A stretch of 64,000 bases of DNA. Source: Dehalococcoidales bacterium. GTDB lineage: Bacteria > Chloroflexota > Dehalococcoidia > Dehalococcoidales > UBA2162. A model generated the notes under the pieces. The model searched no databases. It was not told where the DNA came from and saw only the letters and a list, made by a program, of their open reading frames with translations. The stretch spans positions 38,788 to 102,787 of the forward strand of contig DAOULV010000018.1 in assembly GCA_034416335.1 (NCBI GenBank), given 5' to 3'. A program made the position numbers and the translations under genes. Numbering within the stretch: position 1 is the first letter of the stretch; each line of letters opens with the position of its first letter. Below, in pieces: positions 9,372 through 19,721 of this stretch.

Positions 9372-10589
9372 TTAAAAGGCTTTACTCATTATACAGACGC
9401 CGTTGTTTCCGGCATAACCGTAGCTCTGGGCAAGTCCGACCGTGGGATTGTTGGTAATCTGCCTTGGACCGAGGTCGCCGCGCAGCTGGTAGGCTACCTC
9501 GATGCACTGCCAGAGCCCCTGGGCAACGGTAGCTTCACCGAAAGCTCCGAACCCGCCGCTGGGACAGACCGGTACCTTCCCGTCCGGGATGTTGAAATAG
9601 CCATCCCTGAGGAGCTGGTCGGAACCGCCGTAAGGCAGCTGGAGAATCATATCCATATAGGTAAGATAATGCCACGAACTGTTATCGGGCAGTTCCACCA
9701 AATCGATATCATCGGGAGTTCGCCCCGCCTGCTTATAGGCGGCGGCGAGGGCATTCCGACTTTCACTCCATCCGAGAGTACCGACATCCGCCTGGGGATA
9801 TGAACTCAGGTAAGTCAGGGGAATACAGGGATCGCCGAATGAAGGCGAACCGACGGCGAGTCCTTCGATGAGGATAGGTTTATCCGTATATTTCTCCGCC
9901 ATATCCATCGGAACGACGATCATAGCCGACGCCGAATCGCTGGTGGCACATATCTCATACAGGCGAAGAGGGTCACAGACCATCGGTGATTCGAGCACTT
10001 CTTCCAGCGTATATTCCTTGCGGTATCGTGCATTGGGATTATGAACGCCGCCTTTGCTGGTAATAACTTTTACCATTGCCATATCTTCTTCGGTCGTGCC
10101 GCAGTCATGTATTCTACGGCGCATTTCCATCGCCCAGTAGCCCGGATTGGTCTCACCTACCATCGCGTAACGCATCCAGTCGTTATCGAACGCGGTGTCC
10201 CTGGACTGAGGTCTGAAGAAGCCGCCGGCCGATTTGTCCGAGCCTACGGCAATAGCGATGTCGTGTTCGCCGCTGGCTACGGCAAGGCAGGCTTCCCTCA
10301 GAATGGACTGCCCGGTAGCGCAGGCGTTAACGATATTCGCACAGGGTATGCCTGTTCCGCCCATCATAGTGGAGATAGAAGTACCGAGGAGCAGCGAAGG
10401 AACGCCGCCCTGGTCTGAAATCCACATATAGGCTCCGCAGGCCATGGTCTCGATATCACGCCATTTCATATGGGCGTCTTCCAGGGCCTGACTGATAGCA
10501 TAGCAGCCCAGTTCAGCCATCGATTTTTCAGGCCATTTCCCGTAGGGATGAACACCAAGGCCAACTATTGCAATTTCTCTGTTTTTCAT
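9372..10589 (-). CDS. Thiolase-like protein (SCP-x/nonspecific lipid-transfer type)
   Basis: 405 aa. Thiolase fold with an active-site Cys region (NACATGQ) and a C-terminal GG..G motif. It is paired with a DUF35 gene. Confidence 0.8.
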   Translation of the reverse strand: MKNREIAIVGLGVHPYGKWPEKSMAELGCYAISQALEDAHMKWRDIETMACGAYMWISDQGGVPSLLLGTSISTMMGGTGIPCANIVNACATGQSILREACLAVASGEHDIAIAVGSDKSAGGFFRPQSRDTAFDNDWMRYAMVGETNPGYWAMEMRRRIHDCGTTEEDMAMVKVITSKGGVHNPNARYRKEYTLEEVLESPMVCDPLRLYEICATSDSASAMIVVPMDMAEKYTDKPILIEGLAVGSPSFGDPCIPLTYLSSYPQADVGTLGWSESRNALAAAYKQAGRTPDDIDLVELPDNSSWHYLTYMDMILQLPYGGSDQLLRDGYFNIPDGKVPVCPSGGFGAFGEATVAQGLWQCIEVAYQLRGDLGPRQITNNPTVGLAQSYGYAGNNGVCIMSKAF

Positions 10590-10609
10590 TTTATCTTAGC
10601 TCCTCTCCC

Positions 10610-11026
10610 TTACTTTACCGGCTTCCAGGCCCAGGTAATGTATTCGTTCTCATCATCCGAGTAGAGTGTCCGGGTTGTCATTTCCATTTCCATACCGATT
10701 TCTACCTGGTCCGTAGTAAGCATTCCGAGTATCCTGAGTCCCTCGGGAAAATCGAGCATCCCGAGCGGGAAAGGTTCGAAAGGTTCCATTTTAAACGGTT
10801 CAGGCATCGGGTAAGCCTGCACGGCATAAGTGTAGAGTGTTGCCCTGTTGCTGAGTTCGATTTCCTCTACATTTTCCGTTTTCTTTTCGCAGTCAGGATT
10901 GGTGCAGTAAGGTGATTTCGGGAAAGCCGGTGTTCCGCATACCTTGCATTTACTGCCAATCAGTTTCGGCTGATCGGAAGGCCAGGTGAAAAGGCCTTCA
11001 GCCAGTGGTACTTTGTTCTTGGGCAT
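10610..11026 (-). CDS. DUF35 Zn-ribbon/OB-fold protein (thiolase partner)
   Basis: 138 aa. CKVCG..(x)..CTNPDC rubredoxin-like zinc ribbon followed by an OB fold, in the canonical pairing with the upstream thiolase-like gene. Confidence 0.8.
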   Translation of the reverse strand: MPKNKVPLAEGLFTWPSDQPKLIGSKCKVCGTPAFPKSPYCTNPDCEKKTENVEEIELSNRATLYTYAVQAYPMPEPFKMEPFEPFPLGMLDFPEGLRILGMLTTDQVEIGMEMEMTTRTLYSDDENEYITWAWKPVK

Positions 11027-11089
11027 TATTTATCCTCCTTACATTAACTGAATTATTGTACCTTTATACCTGCGGTAGTGCAGTGTGGT

Positions 11090-11485
11090 CTATACTTTTT
11101 CGCGGATGTATTCTGATAACTCTTTAATAGAGGTACCCGGGCCGAAAACGGCGCTTATACCCTTTTCCTTGAGATAGGGTACATCCTCATCCGGTATGAT
11201 GCCGCCGCCGATAACCAGGACGTCTTTCATATCATGTTTTTTCAGTTCTTCTACTACACGCGGGAAGAGCGACTGATGAGCACCCGAAAGGCAGCTTAAC
11301 GCTATCGCGTCCGGCTGCTCTTCCAGCGCTGCCCGGGCTATCATTTCAGGGGTCTGCCTTAGTCCGGTATAGATTACTTCCATTCCGGCTTCTCTCAGGC
11401 CCATGGTGATTACCTTGGCGCCCCGGTCATGGCCATCCAGGCCGGGTTTTGCTACCAGTACCTTGATTTTCTTTTTATCATTCAC
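11090..11485 (-). CDS. Acyl-CoA mutase B12-binding subunit
   Basis: 131 aa. Contains the cobalamin-binding motif [11 protein letters not shown] (DxHxxG). Confidence 0.9.
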   Translation of the reverse strand: MNDKKKIKVLVAKPGLDGHDRGAKVITMGLREAGMEVIYTGLRQTPEMIARAALEEQPDAIALSCLSGAHQSLFPRVVEELKKHDMKDVLVIGGGIIPDEDVPYLKEKGISAVFGPGTSIKELSEYIREKV

Positions 11486-11520
11486 TTTAAGGATTCACTC
11501 CTGTATTGTTATCAGGTTTA

Positions 11521-13281
11521 CTAAATCTTACCATATCCGGAATATTCACCAAATACTTTTCTCAGCGTCCCGGTTATTTCACCGATGGTTGCATAAGCCT
11601 TCACAGCTTCGACTGTCAGCGGCATTATATTGGCTTTCTCATCGGCTGCCGTTTCTTCCAGCTTTGCCAGTATCGACTTGACTTTGTCGTTATCTCTTTC
11701 CGCTTTTACTTTAGCCAGCCTTTGAAGCTGCTTCTTTTCCGCTTCGGCGCGCTTGGTTGCGTCGTATGGGTAGGGTATCAGCCGGTTGGGCAGGACTTCC
11801 AGTTCCTGCTCATCTGTGAAAGCGTTAACGCCTACCACGATTTCTTCGCCGGTCTCCAGTTTTTTCTGGTACTCGTAGGCACTCTGGGCGACGGCGCGCT
11901 GCATAAAACCGTTTTCGATAGCACCCTGAGAACCTCCCATTTCTTCTATCTGACGAATCAACGCCCAGGATTCTTCCTCAATCTTGTTGGTCGTTGCTTC
12001 GACATAATAGGAGCCTGCCAGCGGGTCGGTGACTTTACTCAGCTTGGATTCCCAGTAGAGGATTTTGGCGGCATCTTCCGAAAGCTGCTGCGCTTCGATA
12101 CTCCAGCCGAGTCCCAGCGGCTCGTCATAGGGAGGTTCCGCCGAGGGAATGTAACCGGCAAGAGCCCCGGCGACACCGCCGATAACGGCACGGGTCAGGT
12201 TGTTTAGCGGTCGCTGGCTTGTCGATGTCCAGGCACCGGTGAGGAATCCACCGGCTTCCCTGAGAATCCAGTTTCTCGGGTTCTTGCTGTTGAACTTATC
12301 TCTCATTATCTTCGCCCACATACGGCGGCTTGCCCTGCGGGTACAGATTTCCGGCAGGATTTCCATACTGCCGCTGAGGGTGTTGAAGGTGAACCGGTTG
12401 ACGAATGAATCGACATCGAGTCCGCCGTCAATTCCGCACTGCACGTAGGCTGAGGCATTTGCCAGCGTGAAAGCCAGTGCCTGCACTCTGCTGGCTCCGG
12501 CTTCTCTCATGTGGTAGCCGGAAATGCTTATCGTGTTCAGCAGCGGCAGGTCTTCAGTGCAGTATACGAGGATATCTCTCGTAATCCTGAGAGATTCTTT
12601 TGGAGGAAAGATGTACGTGCCGCGTGCGACATATTCCTTGATGATATCGTTCTGGGGCGTTCCTCGCAGCTTTGCGGGAGAAATTCCTCTCTTTTCAGCA
12701 AGAGCCACATAAGCGGCTACTATGACATTTACCGGGGCATTGATAGTCCAGTTCGAAGCGATACTGTCAAGGTTATTCTCACCCTGAAAAGGTTCGTATA
12801 TGGTCTCGAAATCGGCAAGTGTATCGAAAGCTACCCCCGCTTTACCTACTTCACCTTCAGCCATCGGATCGTCTGAATCCAGACCTATCTGCGTGGGAAG
12901 GTCGAAAGCAATATTAGGACCGCCCGTTCTTCCTCGAACGATCTCACTCTGGTAATAGTCCCTGGTATCTTCGGCGGTACCGTATCCGAGATAGCGTCCG
13001 GCTCTGACAAGACCTCCTCCGCCGCCGATGTGGTATCCGCCGGTTACCGGACCGCTGCCGGGAACCTGACAGGGATATACTCCGGCGGTGAAAGGGTATT
13101 CACCGGGAAAACCTACCTGCTCAAGGAAATCGAATCCTTCGACGTCAGCCGGAGTATAGAATTCGTTCGGACTTTCGGTAGTACCGAACCTGTCGAGGGA
13201 TTTCTTTAGCGTGCCGTTTTCCCATTCCTGTCTTTTTTGCTTGATTTTATGAATGTCTTTTTCATCGAATGTTCCGGACAT
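11521..13281 (-). CDS. Methylmalonyl-CoA mutase family catalytic (large) subunit
   Basis: 586 aa. Mutase TIM-barrel signatures are present (FPGEYPFT, SISGYHMREAG). Confidence 0.9.
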   Translation of the reverse strand: MSGTFDEKDIHKIKQKRQEWENGTLKKSLDRFGTTESPNEFYTPADVEGFDFLEQVGFPGEYPFTAGVYPCQVPGSGPVTGGYHIGGGGGLVRAGRYLGYGTAEDTRDYYQSEIVRGRTGGPNIAFDLPTQIGLDSDDPMAEGEVGKAGVAFDTLADFETIYEPFQGENNLDSIASNWTINAPVNVIVAAYVALAEKRGISPAKLRGTPQNDIIKEYVARGTYIFPPKESLRITRDILVYCTEDLPLLNTISISGYHMREAGASRVQALAFTLANASAYVQCGIDGGLDVDSFVNRFTFNTLSGSMEILPEICTRRASRRMWAKIMRDKFNSKNPRNWILREAGGFLTGAWTSTSQRPLNNLTRAVIGGVAGALAGYIPSAEPPYDEPLGLGWSIEAQQLSEDAAKILYWESKLSKVTDPLAGSYYVEATTNKIEEESWALIRQIEEMGGSQGAIENGFMQRAVAQSAYEYQKKLETGEEIVVGVNAFTDEQELEVLPNRLIPYPYDATKRAEAEKKQLQRLAKVKAERDNDKVKSILAKLEETAADEKANIMPLTVEAVKAYATIGEITGTLRKVFGEYSGYGKI

Positions 13282-13422
13282 AATACATTCTCCTGTTTTT
13301 ATGGGGTATTAAAGACGGTGGATTTATGCGTCTATTGTATATCAAACCCCCACTGATTTCCAGTATCGGACTCATCATATTCGGACATACGAGAATATCT
13401 GTTATAATAGAAAACCATTCTT

Positions 13423-14238
13423 ATGAAATTTATCAATTCAGTTAAAATGGGCACATTTTTCAGGACCAAGATACGCATCCATTATACCTGGCTGCTGGTT
13501 TTCCTCCTCATTCCCTGGACTGTAAGCACCCAGTATTCCACGGAGACTTCGCTGGTCATTAGAGTGGTATTGGGTCTGGTCACCTCTCTGCTTTACTTCG
13601 GTACGGTGTTTTTACGTGAAATTGCTCTTCTGATGCTTGCCGTTTATAAGGGTATAGTGGTTAAGACCGTTACCATATTCGCCTTCGGGGGACTGATTCA
13701 GCCTGACTATGATACAGCGTCGCCGTCACTCGAAATACTTCTGGCCGTATCCGGGATGCTGCTGAATTTTTTAATTACGGGAATCTTTTACTTTGCCCAC
13801 CTGTTTTTCCTGAATATTCATCAGGATATGGTGGTTATTCCCCTAAAGTGGCTGGCATTCTTCTATTTCACACTCAGTCTGTTCCACTTTATTCCGGCTT
13901 TTCCTCTCGAAGGCGGCAGAATTTTTCACGGTATACTCTGGAAAACCACCGATAATATCAGACGGGCGACACGTATTGCGGGATTCAGCGGCTGGATAAT
14001 GGGTTTTCTCGTAATGGTCGGAGGAATACTGCTGGCGGTGTTTACGACGGAATTGTTTACGGGGCTGTTCTTCGCCGGCCTGGGGCTGATAATACAGAAT
14101 GCTGCCACCCATGGCATCAGGCAAATGAGGCAGATTCCCGGAATACCTCCTCCGGGACCACCTCTATCGCCGCCTGAAGAAAGTGACCGGTTTACTGAGT
14201 CTCCTGTGGAGGAGATTCCGGCTCAACAGACTGAATAA
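13423..14238 (+). CDS. Peptidase M50 (site-2 protease)-like membrane protein with degenerate active site
   Basis: 271 aa polytopic protein. The NxxPxxPLDGGR-type motif reads FIPAFPLEGGR. The position expected for HExxH reads REIAL. Confidence 0.75.
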   Translation: MKFINSVKMGTFFRTKIRIHYTWLLVFLLIPWTVSTQYSTETSLVIRVVLGLVTSLLYFGTVFLREIALLMLAVYKGIVVKTVTIFAFGGLIQPDYDTASPSLEILLAVSGMLLNFLITGIFYFAHLFFLNIHQDMVVIPLKWLAFFYFTLSLFHFIPAFPLEGGRIFHGILWKTTDNIRRATRIAGFSGWIMGFLVMVGGILLAVFTTELFTGLFFAGLGLIIQNAATHGIRQMRQIPGIPPPGPPLSPPEESDRFTESPVEEIPAQQTE

Positions 14239-15667
14239 CTTTCACGGGGATGTCGTCGATTACGCTTACGTACCTGTATTCTTTCTTGTATGTCGTCCAT
14301 TTTGCTTCAAACCACCTGAAGGGACTCTGGGCTTGAGAACGTATCCATATCACGGGATTCAAGGGGTCATCCTTCCACCAGCGTACGTCTACAATACTTG
14401 CCAGGGGAGTACCTCTTGTAATTTCTATATCGTAAAAAGAGCGGGGGGTTTCTTCGGGGAGTAATCCTGCCCTGAATACGCTCCACTCTACTTCAACCGT
14501 TGTCAGAGGGGCAGCAGAAGTGGTAACTTTCAGCCTGCAGTCGCTGGCGTTGTCGGAGTCCATCCAGCTGGCGTCCTTTATAGAGGTAATCAGAGGGACC
14601 GATGACAGGTGTATATGGCTGTACGACCTTTCATTTTCCGGTTCACATTCTCCTATGATATCTTCCCACTGCTGCCACTTATAAAAAGAAGAGTTTTTAT
14701 GGGTGATAGTCCCGTTTCCTGTGGTGGTACCTCCGACGATGTCCGACCATTGATCAGTTCCCAGCAGCCAGTCTGCTTCATGTTCGATAACGCCGCTTCG
14801 AGCCGGTACGGAAAATTCCATGTAGTAACCGAAAATGTAAAACAGTATATTATTCGCCAGGAACCGGGACGTATTATCTTTCGCACCGACTTCACTGTGC
14901 TGGTGTTCTCCGTAATAAATGACGTCAGCTCCTTCGGAGAACTGAGCCGAAAGCGGTACTACCCCGTCATCCATATTCCTCGGCCATACGTCCACGCCAC
15001 TCTGATTATACTGGGTACTGAGCGGGGATGTTTCCGCCGATACGAAAGCAAGCCAGTGTTTTTCCCGGCTGATTTTCAGACCGTCAGCTCTACTGTCGTA
15101 AAAAGCTACGGAATTACAGACTCCTTCATCGGAACCCAGCAGAGTGGTCCTGCAGTAATCAGCCATCGGTCCGCCGCCCGGCACATAGTAATCATTCAGT
15201 TTTTTTATGGGGCTGTTGATGGTTATTACAGCAGCTACCCTGTCCGAAATATTGCCGACATTACGAGCCGTGGCATATAAGGCTGTTTTACCTCCCATAC
15301 TGTGACCGACCAGTATCAGATTGTCTTTATCGGCAAAGTGCTTATTGATACTTTCGGCGATGTTGTTCGCCCAGGTGTTAATATCGACGTAACCTGGATA
15401 ACACCTGTCGAGCATGTTAACTTCGATTTGAATGCCCGGATTTTTCTCCCGGTAACGGTCGATGAAGTAAGGGAGAAGATCGTTTATCTGGTCGGCGATG
15501 TTCTGGAAAGCACAGGGATCCCCTCCCATACCATGACAGAAAACGAAGTTCAGCTCCTTAACTGCTTCGGGTGTATCCTGCGCCTTTGCCGGCTGATAGA
15601 CCGCGAACTGAAAACACAGGATCACTAAAATCGAAAACAGTAATAATCCGGTTTTAATACGATACAT
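14192..15667 (-). CDS. Secreted alpha/beta-hydrolase (lipase/esterase-like) with C-terminal domain of unknown function
   Basis: Start moved to the internal ATG (MYRIKTGLLLFSILV..AKAQ signal peptide). GHSMGG nucleophile elbow. About 200 aa of C-terminal extension. Confidence 0.75.
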   Translation of the reverse strand: MYRIKTGLLLFSILVILCFQFAVYQPAKAQDTPEAVKELNFVFCHGMGGDPCAFQNIADQINDLLPYFIDRYREKNPGIQIEVNMLDRCYPGYVDINTWANNIAESINKHFADKDNLILVGHSMGGKTALYATARNVGNISDRVAAVITINSPIKKLNDYYVPGGGPMADYCRTTLLGSDEGVCNSVAFYDSRADGLKISREKHWLAFVSAETSPLSTQYNQSGVDVWPRNMDDGVVPLSAQFSEGADVIYYGEHQHSEVGAKDNTSRFLANNILFYIFGYYMEFSVPARSGVIEHEADWLLGTDQWSDIVGGTTTGNGTITHKNSSFYKWQQWEDIIGECEPENERSYSHIHLSSVPLITSIKDASWMDSDNASDCRLKVTTSAAPLTTVEVEWSVFRAGLLPEETPRSFYDIEITRGTPLASIVDVRWWKDDPLNPVIWIRSQAQSPFRWFEAKWTTYKKEYRYVSVIDDIPVKVIQSVEPESPPQETQ

Positions 15668-15798
15668 TTTAACTCTTACAGAAATTTTATCGTGCCTGCT
15701 AATTTTACAGTAGTGGTAAACCAGCTTCAAGAGGACACGTAATCTCTTGTTCAGTAATTTGAACGGAACTAACCAAGAATGATAAAATTTAATAGAGG

Positions 15799-16779
15799 AT
15801 GAGCCGTTCCGTTATTCGAGAGAGTTTTGACAGCCTTAAATCACTCCGGGAGAAGTCCGATACGTACTTGACCTGGGAACCTGTATTTGTCTCTCCTATA
15901 TGGCTCGAAGTCTGGTGGAACGTTTTCGGTGACGACAGCGAACTGTACTTGAATTCTATAAGAGAAGACGAGAATTTAACGGGTATCGCACCCCTGATGG
16001 TCAAGGATGGGGCAGCTTCGATTATCGGCAGCGTCGATGTCTGCGACTACCTTGATTTTATTGTTGTTCCTGGCAGAAGCCAGGTTTTCTTTAATACGCT
16101 TCTCGATGATTTGAAGCAGAAAGGTATCAGTCAGTTAAAACTTGAATCCCTGAGACCGGATTCGAACATACTCTCGGATTTCGCCGATATAGCGTTGAAT
16201 CGCGGCTGCGAGGTGACTATTACCCCGAGTGATGTAACGGTGGAAATGGAATTACCGGCGACCTGGGATGAATACCTGATGATGCTGAATACAAAACAAA
16301 GGCACGAGGTCAGGCGAAAGCTGAGAAGGCTGGAAGAAGCCGGAAGATTCGAATACAGTTCGGTCAGTGATAATGAATCGGTTACGGAAGCACTCGATAC
16401 CTTTCTCAGGATGTTTACCGAAAGCAGGGAGGACAAAGCTGATTTTCTGACCGAAAAACGGGAGTCGTTTTTCAGGTCTATGACCGAAGCGATGTCGAAT
16501 GCGGGAATTATTAAACTGGGAACACTCGAGATTGAAGGAGTTCCCGCTGCCATGATAATGTATTTCGACTATAATGACAGTATATACCTGTATAACAGCG
16601 GTTTTGAAAAAGAATATATCTCACTCAGCGCGGGATTACTGAGTAAGGTACTCTGTATTAAAGAGAGTATCGAGTCAGGGAAGAAGGTCTTCGATTTTCT
16701 GAAAGGCGACGAAGTATATAAGTCACGTCTGGGAGGAATCGAGAAGCAGTTATCGGATTGCCGGATAACGATTAATTAA
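15799..16779 (+). CDS. GNAT-fold acyltransferase, CelD/BioF2/FemAB-like
   Basis: 326 aa. The C-terminal half has the motifs LYNSGF..FDFLKGDE.YK typical of the CelD-like GNAT family. Confidence 0.6.
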   Translation: MSRSVIRESFDSLKSLREKSDTYLTWEPVFVSPIWLEVWWNVFGDDSELYLNSIREDENLTGIAPLMVKDGAASIIGSVDVCDYLDFIVVPGRSQVFFNTLLDDLKQKGISQLKLESLRPDSNILSDFADIALNRGCEVTITPSDVTVEMELPATWDEYLMMLNTKQRHEVRRKLRRLEEAGRFEYSSVSDNESVTEALDTFLRMFTESREDKADFLTEKRESFFRSMTEAMSNAGIIKLGTLEIEGVPAAMIMYFDYNDSIYLYNSGFEKEYISLSAGLLSKVLCIKESIESGKKVFDFLKGDEVYKSRLGGIEKQLSDCRITIN

Positions 16780-16797
16780 CGGCGGGAAGAGGAGTGT

Positions 16798-18030
16798 ATG
16801 GAGGAAGAACGATTACGAATAGCCATAATAAGTGCTCATAGCTGCCCGGTAGGGACTCTGGGGACTAAAGATACCGGCGGAATGAGCGTTTATATAGTCG
16901 AACTTGCCCGGGAACTGGGCAAACTGGGACATACTGTGGACGCCTATACCCGCGTCCACGATCCGGCGGACCCGATAATAGTTGAACTGGGTGATAACGC
17001 CCGACTTATCCACATCGAAGCCGGAGAAATGGAACAGATACACAAGCTTGCCGTTTATTCCTATCTTCCGGATTTTGCCTGTGGTCTCGAAGCATACCGG
17101 AAACAGAATAACCTCGAGTATGATATCGTTTTCAGTCACTACTGGCTTTCTGCCTGGATTGGAGAGTATCTCCAGCATTGGTGGGAAGTTCCTCATGTAA
17201 CGATGTTCCATACCCTGGGCGTGGTTAAAAACTCCATCGGTATCGGAAGAACCGAACCGGAACTCCGCATCGCCACCGAAGGAGAACTGGCGAGAAGCAG
17301 TACCCACATTATTGCACCCACGGAAAGAGAAAAAGCCGAATTAATCAACCAGTACGGAGTTACCCCGGAGAGAATAGGTGTTGTCCCGTGCGGCGTAAAT
17401 CCGGAACTCTTCAAACCGATAAACAGGGACGAAGCCCGCAGAGAAACCGGATTTGATAACGGGAAAATCATTCTTTACGTCGGAAGAATCGATCCTCTTA
17501 AAGGGATTGCCAACCTGATTAAAGCAATTCCTATGCTTGAAGATAACCGTGATATTAAACTGGCTATTATCGGCGGCGGCGAAAGCAGCCGCGAAGAAAC
17601 CGCCCACCTCAGAACGCTTGCTCAGGAACTGGGTGTAGGAGACAGAATCATCTTTACCGGGCCGGTGAAGCAGGACAGGATGCCGTATTACTACAGCGCC
17701 GCCGATGTGTGTGTAATTCCATCGTTTTATGAGAGTTTCGGGCTGGTAGCTCTTGAGTCTCTCTCCTGCGGTACGCCTATCGTCGCCAATGATGTCGGTG
17801 ATCTCAGGAATATTGTCCGGGAAGGAGAGACAGGGTACGTAATCGACAGTAATACATCCAGTCTGCTGGCAGAAAAAATAGATTTACTTCTCAACAAACC
17901 GTCCGATGAAAAAACACCACCTGAGGTTATAAGAGAGTCAGTGATGGGATTCGCCTGGGTAAATATCGCAATGGCGCTGGCCGATGAGTTCAAGAGGGTT
18001 CTGGATAATTACTGTATTCCGGTATCTTAG
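16798..18030 (+). CDS. GT4 glycosyltransferase, MshA/BshA-like
   Basis: 410 aa. The N-terminal ISAHSCPVGTLGTKDTGGMSVYIVELAREL resembles MshA-type GT4 enzymes. C-terminal E..G....E motif. Confidence 0.75.
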   Translation: MEEERLRIAIISAHSCPVGTLGTKDTGGMSVYIVELARELGKLGHTVDAYTRVHDPADPIIVELGDNARLIHIEAGEMEQIHKLAVYSYLPDFACGLEAYRKQNNLEYDIVFSHYWLSAWIGEYLQHWWEVPHVTMFHTLGVVKNSIGIGRTEPELRIATEGELARSSTHIIAPTEREKAELINQYGVTPERIGVVPCGVNPELFKPINRDEARRETGFDNGKIILYVGRIDPLKGIANLIKAIPMLEDNRDIKLAIIGGGESSREETAHLRTLAQELGVGDRIIFTGPVKQDRMPYYYSAADVCVIPSFYESFGLVALESLSCGTPIVANDVGDLRNIVREGETGYVIDSNTSSLLAEKIDLLLNKPSDEKTPPEVIRESVMGFAWVNIAMALADEFKRVLDNYCIPVS

Positions 18031-18932
18031 CTGAGAATCTTCTCATACCACAGGGTGCTGCCCTGTTCCTCAAAACCTATTGAACGATAAAGTTCGTAAG
18101 CTATCTTGTTTTCGCTGTCTACCGATAGACTGACGGTTGTTATCCCTTTGTTTTTCAGATAGGCCAAGCCGGCAAACAATACTTTTTTACCGAGTCCCTG
18201 ACCGCGGTACTCAGGGTCTGTCCCTATCATATATATTATTCCCTGTTTTTCTTCACCGGAGTCCGCTGCAGCGTTTATTATCTCAGTCCAGCAGTAGCCG
18301 TTGATGGATTCTTCCCGGCAGGTAACAACGACATCCTCAGGCGAACGGTTGTTTGAGTTGACGTCGTAGGCGATTGTTTCCGGAGTATTGGGATTATATC
18401 CCCAGTGATTGGCGAAAGCCCGATTCTGTATCTCCGCCAATTTTGTTTCTTCACCGGGCTGTAGCTGCCTGCATCCTTTTCCGGCTTCTTCCAGGTCTTT
18501 ATGTGAAAGCTTGTTTATATCCAGTTTAAGTTCAAGGTAGCGACGGATGTATTTAAAACCCAGCTTGGGCAGTTCATTTCTGGCAATACTGTTGTTCGAA
18601 GAAATATCGACGTGGACAGCTCCGGCTTTTAGCTCTTCCGCACGCTGGATAACCCGGTTTACCAGTTCTCTGGCAACTCCCTTTCGTCGATATTCGGGAT
18701 GTACCCAGCACTGAAGGATTACTCTTCCGATAGACAGTTCAGGTTGGGCTTGAGAAAACCCGACCAACCGGTTTTTATATTCGGCGACAAAGAAATCCTT
18801 TTCGGGTATAAGACCCGGACGGTTTAGCCGGTCGGCTGCGGATTCATTTGTGTTTGCTTCTTCGAGCAATCCGGAGAATGCTTCCAAATCAGATTCATTG
18901 TAGGGCCTGATAATGTATTCCGATTTGCTCAT
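18027..18932 (-). CDS. Tandem-GNAT acetyltransferase (MshD-like architecture)
   Basis: 301 aa with two GNAT acetyl-CoA-binding motifs (RRKGVARELV and RGQGLGKKVL). Confidence 0.7.
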   Translation of the reverse strand: MSKSEYIIRPYNESDLEAFSGLLEEANTNESAADRLNRPGLIPEKDFFVAEYKNRLVGFSQAQPELSIGRVILQCWVHPEYRRKGVARELVNRVIQRAEELKAGAVHVDISSNNSIARNELPKLGFKYIRRYLELKLDINKLSHKDLEEAGKGCRQLQPGEETKLAEIQNRAFANHWGYNPNTPETIAYDVNSNNRSPEDVVVTCREESINGYCWTEIINAAADSGEEKQGIIYMIGTDPEYRGQGLGKKVLFAGLAYLKNKGITTVSLSVDSENKIAYELYRSIGFEEQGSTLWYEKILS

Positions 18933-19025
18933 TTCAGGTTAATGCTGCCTCCGGTTAAATTGTATCAGGCTGGTGAATGTTATACAATTTAGCTGAGCAC
19001 ATTTGATTGAGGAGGCCCTGTAATT

Positions 19026-19721
19026 ATGCCCGAAACGGCTGATGTGATGGTTATTTCACCCCATGCTGATGATGCCGAAGGAGGCTGCGGCGGAACCGTG
19101 GCGCGGTGGATAAAAGAAGGAAAAAGCGTTGTATACGTTTTATGTACAAATGGTGATAAAGGCACGAGCGACCCCGCGATAAAACCGGAAGAACTGGCAG
19201 CTACCAGGGAGAAAGAGCAGCTTGCGGCTGCCGAAGTCCTTGGGGTGAGAGAGGTTATTTTCCTGAGACATCCCGACCAGGAACTCGAAGATACTCCGGA
19301 ATTCAGAAAAGAGCTGGTACGCCTGATACGGATGTACCGACCCGACATCGTGATAACGGTCGATCCTTACAGAAAATATATCTGGCACCGGGACCACCGG
19401 ATAACCGGGCAGGTAGTGCTGGATGCGGTATTCCCTTACGCCAGGGACCTCTATGCTTATCCCGACCTTAACAATGAAGGTCTTGAACCTTTCAAAGTTA
19501 AAGAAGTCCTGCTGTGGGCTTCCGAGGACCCGAATTATAAAGTTGACATAACAGATACTTTCGATATGAAAGTTACTGCTCTGCGCTGTCACGTAAGCCA
19601 GGTCGGCGCTGCCCCTCTTGCCGAGATGGAAGAGCGTGTAAAAGAAAGAAGCCGGATGCACGCCGAAGGGGAAGACTTCGAACTGGCGGAGTCATTCCAC
19701 CGGGTGGAAATGTTCCGGTAG
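19026..19721 (+). CDS. PIG-L/LmbE family N-acetylglucosaminyl deacetylase (MshB/BshB-like)
   Basis: 231 aa. Contains the PHADDAE..GG motif and the later HRDH metal-binding motif. Confidence 0.85.
   Translation: MPETADVMVISPHADDAEGGCGGTVARWIKEGKSVVYVLCTNGDKGTSDPAIKPEELAATREKEQLAAAEVLGVREVIFLRHPDQELEDTPEFRKELVRLIRMYRPDIVITVDPYRKYIWHRDHRITGQVVLDAVFPYARDLYAYPDLNNEGLEPFKVKEVLLWASEDPNYKVDITDTFDMKVTALRCHVSQVGAAPLAEMEERVKERSRMHAEGEDFELAESFHRVEMFR

Noticed and set aside
8696-13281. Mutase/epimerase/thiolase-DUF35 cluster as a novel pathway
   Set aside because: All components are standard for propionyl/methylmalonyl-CoA or branched acyl-CoA metabolism, and nothing about the arrangement is unusual.
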